Shown here one piece after another: positions 34,911 to 43,726 of a DNA stretch of 64,000 nt. The stretch is taken from NCBI GenBank assembly GCA_963833985.1, contig CAWIAD010000002.1, positions 5,824,001-5,888,000 of the forward strand, read 5' to 3'. Each line of letters starts with the position of its first letter. Positions within the stretch are counted from its first letter, which is position 1. The notes beneath the pieces were generated by a model. It had not been told where the DNA came from. It was given only the letters and a program-made list of their open reading frames with translations, and ran no database searches. The position numbers and the translations under genes are program-made. This DNA is from an uncultured Planctomycetaceae bacterium. GTDB lineage: Bacteria > Planctomycetota > Planctomycetia > Isosphaerales > Isosphaeraceae.

Positions 34911-35678
34911 TCAGACGCCGCCCAGCGAGTCGAGAGAGTGTTCGAGGCTGGAAAGGAACTGGAGCAGCCTCTGGGAGGACTGCCGGCCCTGGCTTGCGGC
35001 CTTGTTCAGAGCCGGGTGCCCGTAGGCGTAGAGCCGTTCCTTGGCCTCGACGACGTTATGGACCGAGGCCTTGCCGCTGTCCTTGAACTCCTGAAAGGCC
35101 ACCTTGATGGCCGACTCGGCAGCCGCTCTCGACTTGCCCAGTTCACCACTCCCGGGAGTATTGACGGGCCAGAGTACCTTGCCCTCGGAGGAAAGGACCT
35201 GGTTGAGGGCCAGCAGCTTGTTCGCCTGTGGCCCCTTCGGCTGCATCGTCCTGGGAGTCTTTTTGCGGACGTCGTACCGCAGCTCCATTCCCGGCATTTG
35301 GTTCTGATTCTGCAACGTATTCATCGCGGCGTCGGGGATGTTCTGGTTCGCTCCCTGGTATACCCCGGCCGCCCCCATGCCGTACACGCCATAGGGCGCG
35401 GGGGCGGTTCCGCCGTTATACTGCGGCTGCATCGTCGGGCCCGACGGTGAGGCCCCGGCGCTTCCCACGCCGTATCGCATGAAGCCATAGTTGTAATTCA
35501 GACTGCCGTAAGGGACGCTCCAGTTGTAGTTGGCCGTGCCATAGCCGGGGAACTGCTGGGCCGCAATCGAAGCTCCTGCCGTGACCGCAAGGACCACCTT
35601 GACGGACCGCAAGGACGCCGATCGGAGAGCTCCACTTTGATTCAGGCGCATGGCAAGCCTCTTCTGCCTTTCATCCAT
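34911..35678 (-). CDS. Hypothetical exported protein
   Basis: 3' part of ORF 34911..36347: hydrophobic signal-like stretch, G/Y-rich region, helical C-terminus. Start uncertain. Confidence 0.55.
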   Translation of the reverse strand: MDERQKRLAMRLNQSGALRSASLRSVKVVLAVTAGASIAAQQFPGYGTANYNWSVPYGSLNYNYGFMRYGVGSAGASPSGPTMQPQYNGGTAPAPYGVYGMGAAGVYQGANQNIPDAAMNTLQNQNQMPGMELRYDVRKKTPRTMQPKGPQANKLLALNQVLSSEGKVLWPVNTPGSGELGKSRAAAESAIKVAFQEFKDSGKASVHNVVEAKERLYAYGHPALNKAASQGRQSSQRLLQFLSSLEHSLDSLGGV

Positions 35679-36066
35679 CACGTTGTGGTTCGCTTCATCA
35701 TTCTGCGGATTCGGACCGTGGCAGGCAATAGCCCCGACCATGCTGATGGCCGTTCCACGCGACAGGCAGAAACCAGCCTCGATTTCAGGAGGAGGCCTCC
35801 TCTCATCCCGGGGTGGGGTGACTGATCCTGGTTCGAGAAAAACTTGAAAAGCGGATTGGCGCCCCTTATTCTCCTTGGAATCCGTGTCCACCCCCGCGCT
35901 CCCAGCGGGTGATGAGCATGCCGCATTCACTTCTTCATTCGCCGTCCGGGTCGCCGAGGCAGGGGAACCGGATGCCTCGGGATTCGTGGCTTCGCTCCCT
36001 TCGGGTTCCGGCCGGTAAGGTTGATGAAGCTGACGGTTACGGTTGCGTATCCGATGAGCTTCCCTC

Positions 36067-38112
36067 ATGTCCAGAGCAACGAGGTGGATGATGCTGGTCG
36101 GCTGGCAGCGATTCGATCGGGTTTCACGATGCGAATGGAGCAGGTCCGGGCTCATCGCGAGCGTGGCCCTGGCCGCAGGACTCGGCATCATGTCTCCGGC
36201 ACGCGCGCAGCAGGGCCCTTCCGAGGCGGAGGAACCCGCGCTCTCGAAGCGGCTCAAGAGGATTGACGAAAACGACCTGCTGGAGGGCCGGTACCCCCTC
36301 CGCGAGATCACGGAGGTTGGACGCCATCTCTTCACGACGCCCTTCACGAAGGCAGACGGCTACGGCGAGGGGGGTCGTCCAGACGGCAAGGGAGGATTCG
36401 AGATCGGGCCCCGTGAGGCGATGTTCCGAGAGAAACTCGAGGAGTTCCGGGCCGAGACGAGATCAGGACTGACCGCAGATGAGCTCCGGGCATACTTGAA
36501 TTTCCCGAAACCGGAAGTCAATCCAAACACGAAGGCGATCGTCTTCCCCTACCTCCGGATGAACGGCCTGGACTCGCAGAGCTGTTTCGAGTGTCACGAC
36601 TCGATCGGCTCGGCGCGATTGCCCGACACTCGTACCCACGCACTGACGCGCAAGCAGAGCACGGTTGGCGGCTCGGCCGGGTTCGTGTCGACCGCATTCA
36701 TCAACGAAGACCTTCCAAAACATACCTTCATGTTCGTCAGGAACCCACCACACGTCTTTGGCACCGCCTATGCCCAGGAGCTTGCCGAGGAGATGACCCA
36801 GGACTTGCACGCGCTGCGGGCCCAGGCCGTGAACGATGCTCTCAGCTCCGTCAACCACGACGGGTCCCGACAGTTGATGTCAAAGGGAGTGGATTTCGGC
36901 ACGATCAGCGTCACTTACACGGGGAACCCCGCCCAGAAGCCGGACCTCCAGAGCGTCCTCGATCAGCTGAACGAGAACCCTAACCAGGATCCTCCGGGCT
37001 TCACGATCGACCGGGACAATCTCGCCGGGATCAGTGTCGACCTCGTCGTCCGCCCGTTCCAGTGGAAGGGAATCGCCTCGAACGAGCGGAACTTCGTGCG
37101 TGACGCGTTCCAGTTCCACTTCGGGATGGAGGCTCGGGAGAAGAACCCCGGGTTCAACACCAAGGACGAGGACCATGATCAGGACAAGGACGGGGTCAAG
37201 GACGAGCTGACCCTGGGTGATGTGTCGGCCCTGACCATCTATACCATGACAATCCGCCCCCCGTTCGAGGTCAGCGCCGTCTCCCAGTCCGACCGCGTCA
37301 AGGCCGACCGGGGCCGAACGATCTTCCGCGGCGAGGCGGTGTTCTCCCAAGGAGTCTCGTGCGCGCGTTGCCACACCCCGTCGCTCCCGCTGAACGACCA
37401 GGTTGTTGTCGTCCACGACCCGATCCGCGAGATGGAGAAGTATGGACCGCAGGAACTTGTCGGCAACCGGGCGGGCCTCTCAACGCAGGTCAAGTCCAGC
37501 GCCCAGCTGCCGGCCGTGCGCCGGCTCAAGGACCTGGACATCGCCTCGGTCGTCAAGAAAGGAGGCGCCGTTCTCGACACTCTCCGCAGGGACAGGACTC
37601 GCTACGAACTGGCCGTGATGTCTGCCAAGGATCGCAGGAAGGACGGCTACGCCTTCAACCTGACGACGCTCCAGCCGGCCAACGCCGACCCCGTGGCGAA
37701 CCAGGAGACTTCTGCCCCCATGTCGCAGTCCTTGCCGCGCCTGCCTGCCGGCGATAAGGGGATTGACGTCCCCCTGTTCAGCGACCTGCGCCGTCACAAG
37801 ATGGGCAAGGGCCTCAAGGAAAGGGACGGGTTCCGCCAAAAGACGGACGCGGCCGGGATCGCAGTCCCCGAGGACGAGTTCATGACAAGGCCGCTCTGGG
37901 GGGTGGGGGATACCGGTCCCTGGCTGCACGATGGCCGGGCCCAGTCCTTGAAGGAGGCAATCCTCCTGCACGAGTCCGATGGCAGCGAAGCCAACGACGT
38001 CATCGAGGCGTTTCGCAAGTTGAGCGATGACGACCAGGAGGCGATTGTGGCGTTCCTGCTCACCCTGCGGCTGCCGGTCGACCCCCGTTACGGGTTCGAC
38101 GACTATCGCTGA
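36067..38112 (+). CDS. Di-heme oxidoreductase (DHOR-like) c-type cytochrome
   Basis: Signal peptide; CFECH and CARCH heme motifs; LFSDLRRHKMG and TRPLWGVGDTGPWLHDGRA. Confidence 0.85.
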   Translation: MSRATRWMMLVGWQRFDRVSRCEWSRSGLIASVALAAGLGIMSPARAQQGPSEAEEPALSKRLKRIDENDLLEGRYPLREITEVGRHLFTTPFTKADGYGEGGRPDGKGGFEIGPREAMFREKLEEFRAETRSGLTADELRAYLNFPKPEVNPNTKAIVFPYLRMNGLDSQSCFECHDSIGSARLPDTRTHALTRKQSTVGGSAGFVSTAFINEDLPKHTFMFVRNPPHVFGTAYAQELAEEMTQDLHALRAQAVNDALSSVNHDGSRQLMSKGVDFGTISVTYTGNPAQKPDLQSVLDQLNENPNQDPPGFTIDRDNLAGISVDLVVRPFQWKGIASNERNFVRDAFQFHFGMEAREKNPGFNTKDEDHDQDKDGVKDELTLGDVSALTIYTMTIRPPFEVSAVSQSDRVKADRGRTIFRGEAVFSQGVSCARCHTPSLPLNDQVVVVHDPIREMEKYGPQELVGNRAGLSTQVKSSAQLPAVRRLKDLDIASVVKKGGAVLDTLRRDRTRYELAVMSAKDRRKDGYAFNLTTLQPANADPVANQETSAPMSQSLPRLPAGDKGIDVPLFSDLRRHKMGKGLKERDGFRQKTDAAGIAVPEDEFMTRPLWGVGDTGPWLHDGRAQSLKEAILLHESDGSEANDVIEAFRKLSDDDQEAIVAFLLTLRLPVDPRYGFDDYR

Positions 38113-38241
38113 CGTGCGCATGCCTGGCTCAGCCCGCGGATTGATTGGACTACCCCGGACCCGGCACGATCCGACGCGAGACGGCGGAGGGCGCGTGCCA
38201 CGTCACGCGTTGCTTCCGCGGGCTGAGTGTTCTGGACCTTC

Positions 38242-40173
38242 TCAGCCTTTTCTCGATCGCTGCTCTTTGATCGGCGGCCGCTCACACGATGCTTCAGCGG
38301 TCGAATCAATGGACGGGAGGGTGCGTCCGGCCCGGCCGTGGTCCTGCCACCACCGGGCCGCATGATCACGGTCCCAGACGGGTGCGCAGGCGCATTCACC
38401 CAGGGCGCGCTCCAGGCTTGAGGCATCGGCGTAGCGCTCGGCCGGGTCCTTGGCCAGACACCGCAGCACGACCCGCTCGAGGTCCTCCGTGATGCCAGCG
38501 TGGACTTGCGAGGGCGGCACCACGGGATCGCGAGCATGCGTGATCAGCACCGCGATCCCATTCTCACCCTCGAACGGCGCCCGGCCGGTGAGCACGTAGT
38601 AGGCCACTGCGCCCAGAGAGTATATGTCGCTCCGCTCATCCACTTCCCGGCCGCCCATCGCCTGCTCCGGTGACATGAACAGAGGCGTACCGAGGATCTG
38701 GCCTTCGGCACTCAGGTGGGCCGAGCGAGCCGTCGCCGCTGGCCGGACCAGGCCGAAGTCGAGCAGCTTGGCCACGTCGTCTGCACCCCCACGCCGCGCG
38801 GCGAAGATGTTCGCCGGTTTGATGTCGCGGTGGATCAGGCCCGCCGCGTGGGCCTCGCGAAGCGCTCCGCAAACCTGGCGCAGCAGATACACCACCCGCG
38901 CCGGCGCCAGAGGTCCGTATAGCTCCACCATCTCGGCCAGGCTCAGGCCGTCCAGGTATTCCATGACGTAGTAGTAAGTCCCGTCCTCGGCCCGGCCGTA
39001 GTCGAAAATCTCGACGGTGTTCAGGTGGGAGAGAGTCGCGGTGAGCTGGACCTCGCGCTCGAACCGCTCCAGGTTTCTCGGGTCGGTGGCGCTGTCCGGC
39101 CGGATCAGCTTCAGAGCGCAGGGACGCTTCAGGAGCTGATGCTCGGCCAGGTAGACCTCTCCCATCCCCCCGGCGCCAATCCGCCGCAGGAGGCGATACT
39201 GGCCGAGCTGACGGGCCTCGGCCACTTGCCGGCGCAGCCGCGAGATCGTGCGCGTTCCGAAGGTCGCCCCGACGGCCAGGATGAGCAGGATCAACGCGTC
39301 GAAGCCCAGAAGCAGGATCCGCGGGGTCGCCTGATTCTTTCTCCACCCCTGTCCCAGCCATTCCATCGCCTGGGGATACCGCAGGTAGAGGACCAGCAAG
39401 GTGGCGAAGGGCAGTAGCGCCAGCGGCCCGACCACCAGCGCGGCGGAGCGCCAGCTCTTCGGAACGTGCATTCCGGTGGTCAGGATCAGGATGGAAGTCA
39501 ACAGCACGATGTTCTTCATCGTCAACTGCGCCATCATGCGGTCGTCTTGCAGCGAGAAATCGAGCATGAGGCGGTACTGGACGATCGTCAGCCGGCTCGC
39601 CATCATCCCGACCATCGCCAGCTCCAGGGCCCTGAGCCAGTGCAGCGCGATGTGCTGCTGGCTCCAGAGCAGCACGAGGATGCCGCCGAGGCTGGCGATG
39701 ACGATCGCATCAAGGTAATAAAGCGCCAGATCGTGACTTGCCAGGACGTCGCGCCTCCAGAACGTCGCCATGACCAGGATCACGATATAGATGATCGGCA
39801 GGTCGCGCAGCCGGGCCCGCACCACGGACGGGGGCTCGGAGACCGGCTGTTCCCCGTCTTGCGGCGCGATCGCCTGCCTGGGGGTGAACCCACAGGTGCC
39901 GTCGGTGAACACTCCCCTGGCCGGACCAGCCGGCCCCGGCTCCGGCGCTGGGCGGACGGCGGCGCGGGGTGCCCAGCTTCCCGTCTCCTGGGGAGGGGGC
40001 AAGAGCCCATACCTGTCCGCCCGCTCGTCCTGAGCGAGGAGGTGGCAGACACGGGCTCGCAGGTCATCGTCCTGACCGCAGACGGCGCGCAGCCAGGCCT
40101 CCCTTCCGGCGGGGCTGATCTGGACGGCGGCATCGAACAGCTTGCCAATCTGTCGCCAGCGCTCCGGCGTCAC
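38242..40173 (-). CDS. Hanks-type Ser/Thr kinase with multi-pass membrane region before the kinase domain
   Basis: GAGGMGEVY, ALK, HRDIKPAN, DFG, GTPLFMSPEQ. Start overlaps the ECF stop. Confidence 0.92.
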   Translation of the reverse strand: MTPERWRQIGKLFDAAVQISPAGREAWLRAVCGQDDDLRARVCHLLAQDERADRYGLLPPPQETGSWAPRAAVRPAPEPGPAGPARGVFTDGTCGFTPRQAIAPQDGEQPVSEPPSVVRARLRDLPIIYIVILVMATFWRRDVLASHDLALYYLDAIVIASLGGILVLLWSQQHIALHWLRALELAMVGMMASRLTIVQYRLMLDFSLQDDRMMAQLTMKNIVLLTSILILTTGMHVPKSWRSAALVVGPLALLPFATLLVLYLRYPQAMEWLGQGWRKNQATPRILLLGFDALILLILAVGATFGTRTISRLRRQVAEARQLGQYRLLRRIGAGGMGEVYLAEHQLLKRPCALKLIRPDSATDPRNLERFEREVQLTATLSHLNTVEIFDYGRAEDGTYYYVMEYLDGLSLAEMVELYGPLAPARVVYLLRQVCGALREAHAAGLIHRDIKPANIFAARRGGADDVAKLLDFGLVRPAATARSAHLSAEGQILGTPLFMSPEQAMGGREVDERSDIYSLGAVAYYVLTGRAPFEGENGIAVLITHARDPVVPPSQVHAGITEDLERVVLRCLAKDPAERYADASSLERALGECACAPVWDRDHAARWWQDHGRAGRTLPSIDSTAEASCERPPIKEQRSRKG

Positions 40174-40751
40174 CCGTCCCCTCCCCCGAGCTGGCCGGCG
40201 AGCCAGGCCCGTGCCAGTCGCCAGTCCCGCTCCACCGTCACCACCGAGACTCCCAGAGCCGCGGCGACCTCCGCGACCGTGAACCCGCCGAAGTACCGCA
40301 GCGTCATGATCTGTGCCTGCCTCCCGTCCAGCTCGGCCAGCCGATCGAGGGCCTCGTGGACCGCAACGACATCCAGCCCCTGCGCCTCGAAGTAGTCCAC
40401 GGCGGAGTCGAGCGGCACGCGCCGTCGGCCCCCTCCGCGGCGATCGGCGGCCCGCCGTCGCGCGTGGTCGATAAGCACCTCCCGCATCACCCGCGCAGCC
40501 GACGCGAACACGTGGCTGCGGTCGGACGCCTTGTCGAAGACGGCCTCACCCAGCAACCGAATCACGGCCTCGTGGACCACCGCGGTGGGCGAGAGGGTGT
40601 GGTCGGGCCGCTCCCTCCGCATCATCCGCGAGGCGACCCGCCGCAGCTCGTCATAAACCAGTGCCACGCGCTCGTCCCGGGCTTGCTCGTCCCCGGCCCA
40701 GGGCTTCCCCAGGATGAGCGTCAGGTCCCGTATTGGTTCAGCATCCATCAT
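40170..40751 (-). CDS. ECF sigma factor, TIGR02999/ECF43-like
   Basis: LVYDELRRVA, HTLSPTAVVHEA, LRYFGG, ERDWRLARAWL. Confidence 0.9.
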   Translation of the reverse strand: MMDAEPIRDLTLILGKPWAGDEQARDERVALVYDELRRVASRMMRRERPDHTLSPTAVVHEAVIRLLGEAVFDKASDRSHVFASAARVMREVLIDHARRRAADRRGGGRRRVPLDSAVDYFEAQGLDVVAVHEALDRLAELDGRQAQIMTLRYFGGFTVAEVAAALGVSVVTVERDWRLARAWLAGQLGGGDG

Positions 40752-41420
40752 CCCTCCATCAAGAAAACCATGAAGGGTTATCCCGACATTCTTCGCGGTA
40801 CTGATCAGGAGGACAAGGAGTGGACGGCATTCGAGGCCAGGGCAAGGCGACCTCGACGCTCCGTTGACCCATCACCGTCTTGAGCGGAATCACCCCAATG
40901 CTTGCACCATTGATCCTCGACTTGCTCTTCGCTTCGCTGCTCTTGTTAGTGGCCGGATGGGCGAGCGACGCTTTCCGCGCGATGATCATGGCGGTCTGCG
41001 TTCGGCGGGGACAAGGGACTGGCACCGGCTGAGCCGCCTGCGGACACCGTGACCCTTGGACGACCCAGGCGCGAGGTGGACCACTCGGCTTCCACCGGGA
41101 AGCCACAGCCCCGTGACGACTCCCATCGTGATCATTCTCGCCCGGACGATATTCTCAGGACGTCCGAAACGGCAGGCTGCCGGTGAGATGCCACCGGTGC
41201 AGGAAGGGGTCCGGTAACCGACGCCGTCGGAGAGCCACCCGGCCAGGCGCCGATCGAACTCGATCTGACCCTTGGGGAGCCATAGCGGCCGGAACCGACA
41301 TCCCGAGCTCCCGGGGTGACAAGGTCCCTGATTCGACGGCGTGTGCTGCCGTTCAGACGGAATGAGGAGCCAGACGGGAGACCCGGGCCAGACTGTCAAA
41401 TCCGCTAGAGTACAGGCTAT

Positions 41421-43434
41421 CACGCCCCCAACAATGTTGCAAAATCGTCCCTGATTCCTGACTCTGTCATTTCCAGATCGCGGCTTCGACCGAAGTACGG
41501 GCACGGATGGCAGCCCCGACTCGATCCCGATCCAAGGCAGGCTGGCGGCCGCGCTCTCGGAGAGGAGGAGTCGACATGATCACGTCCCCACGGAGGCCCA
41601 CGTTCAGTCCTCCTGTCACCCGCCACTTCGAGTTCACTCGGCTTCAGGAGCAATTGATCGCGCGTGCATATCAGGTCTTGATCCCGGTCGTTTCGCAGCG
41701 CCTGGATCGGCCGCGACCCAGCCGCAACCACGCGACTGTGGTCCACACTATCCAGTCCAAGGTCGGGGGGGTTTGACAAACCATGATCACGGACAATCTC
41801 CGCGTGGCGCTCTACGCCCGGGTTTCGGGGGAGCAGCAGGAGAAGGAGGACACGATCGCCAGCCAGCTCGAGGCGGTCACTCAGCGGATCGCCACTGATG
41901 GCTTGGAATGCGAGCCCGAACTGCACTTCGTGGACGACGGCGTCAGCGGTTACATCCTGGCCCGACCGGCACTCGAGCGACTTCGGGACCAAGCCGCCGC
42001 TGGAGCCATCGACCGCCTCTATATGCTCGATCCGGATCGACTTTCACGCAAGTATGCCTATCAGGTCTTGATCCTTGAGGAACTTATCCGGTGCGGTGTC
42101 GAGGTCGTCTTCTTGCGCAACCCCGTCGGCCGCAGTCCGGAAGCCGACCTGCTGCTTCAGGTCCAGGGAATGATCGCGGAATACGAGCGCGCCAAGATCA
42201 TGGAGCGTTGCCGCAGGGGCAAGCAACACGCCGCCCGCCGCGGTTCGGTCAACGTCCTCAGCGGCGCGCCGTACGGCTACCGTTACATCGGCAAGCACGA
42301 GGGAGGTGGCGAGGCGCGTTATCAGGTCCTCGCTGAAGAGTCCCGGGTCGTGCGGAAGATCTTCGAATGGGTGGGTCAGGAACGGTGCTCGATCGGCGAG
42401 GTGTGCCGACGCCTCCGGCGCGACAGTATCCCGACGCGGACCGGGAAATCGGCCTGGGATCGCGCGACGGTCTGGTTGATCCTCAAGAACCCTGCCTACA
42501 AGGGGACCGCGGCCTTCGGCAAGACGCGCTCAGGTGAGTTCAAACCTCAACGCCTCCGCCCGCAGCGAGGCCGCCCCGAACACTCCCGGCGACCGGTCTC
42601 ACGGGTTGATACATCCTCGGAAGATCAAATCTTCATTGAAGTCCCCGGGCTGGTGAGCGAAGACCTCTTCCTGGCTGTCCAGGCCCAGCTTGAAGAGAAC
42701 CGGCAACGCCGTCGCGACCGGCCCGGCGGTGGCCGATATCTGCTCCAGGGCCTGGTCGTCTGCAAGCGCTGCGGCTACGGCTGCTACGGCAAGCCGACGA
42801 GCCGAGCCGCGTTCGAGGGCAAGGGTAGGGTCCGCTACGCGTACTACCGTTGCACGGGCTCTGACGCCTATCGTTTCGGCGGGCAGCGCCTCTGCTGGAA
42901 CAAGCAGATCCGCACCGATATCCTTGACGCTGCCGTCTGGGAGGACTTACGAGGTCTCCTGTCCGAGCCGGAGCGGGTCCGGGAGGAGTACGAGCGGCGG
43001 CTGCAGGGTGCCCAGGGCGGGCCGAATCAGGAGGTGGAGCATCTCGGCAAATTGATAAATAATGTGAAAAAGATGATTTCTCGATTAATCGATGCTTACG
43101 GCGACGGGTTGCTCGACAAATCGGAGTTCGAGCCCCGGATCTCGGCGGCAAGGACGCGCCTCTTCGAGATTGGCGGAGGAGCATCGACAACGAATCGGCG
43201 AGGCCGCCCAAGAGGCGGAATTGCGACTGGTGATCGGTCAGTTGGAGGAGTTCGCACGTCGCGTCTCGCAAGGGTTGCAAGAGCCGGACTGGGCCACGCG
43301 ACGGGAGGTGGTTCGGGCCTTGGTGAAGAAGGTCGAGATCGACGAGCAGGAGGTCCGCATCGTGTATCGGGTCAGTCCGTCCCCTTTTGAGAAAGGCCCC
43401 CAACAACGTAGTTCGCAACATTGTTGGGGGCGTG
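41421..43434 (+). mobile_element. Compact element bounded by perfect 20-bp inverted repeats, carrying a small ORF and a large serine recombinase
   Basis: cacgcccccaacaatgttgc (41421-41440) and its exact reverse complement gcaacattgttgggggcgtg (43415-43434). Confidence 0.75.
41576..41776 (+). CDS. Small hypothetical protein (66 aa) upstream of the recombinase
   Basis: Strong RBS GGAGGAG before ATG 41576; stop 6 nt before the recombinase ATG. Confidence 0.6.
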   Translation: MITSPRRPTFSPPVTRHFEFTRLQEQLIARAYQVLIPVVSQRLDRPRPSRNHATVVHTIQSKVGGV

Positions 43435-43511
43435 TTGTCGGCTTCATCTGGCCTCTCCGCCTTATGCTGGCCGTTATCCCAGGTCGAGAGTTCGGCAGAG
43501 GTCATGTCTAG
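41783..43511 (+). CDS. Large serine recombinase (resolvase, recombinase, zinc-ribbon and coiled-coil domains); frameshift near 43165
   Basis: YARVS catalytic Ser, DDGVSG, RPALERL, DRLSR, PYGY, CKRCG...YYRC. C-terminus is in ORF 43092..43511. Confidence 0.92.
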
Positions 43512-43554
43512 TGGAGCGGAAGGGGATCGAATCCTCAACCTCAGCATTGCGAAC
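43510..43554 (-). repeat. 3' half of tRNA-Ala(CGC), att-like repeat copy 1
   Basis: Minus strand reads TTCGCAATGCTGAGGTTGAGGATTCGATCCCCTTCCGCTCCA (anticodon loop, T-arm, acceptor strand). No 5' half adjoins. Confidence 0.8.
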
Positions 43555-43726
43555 GGAGCATCGGGCGAATTCGTAAGTAGCTTATCGGAAAGAACTTAAA
43601 GTCGCGCCTAGGGTCGCTGGCGGTTTCCGGGAATTTACAGGATTTCCTGTGTTTTTCGTTGGCTTCGCGCCGTATCTCTGCAATTGCAGCGTTCACGCCA
43701 CTGCGTTGCAGTGGCAATAGCCATAG

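Noticed and set aside
41180..41400. Cobalamin riboswitch
   Set aside because: Only scattered similarity; the conserved core and B12 box are not in order, and no B12-related gene follows.
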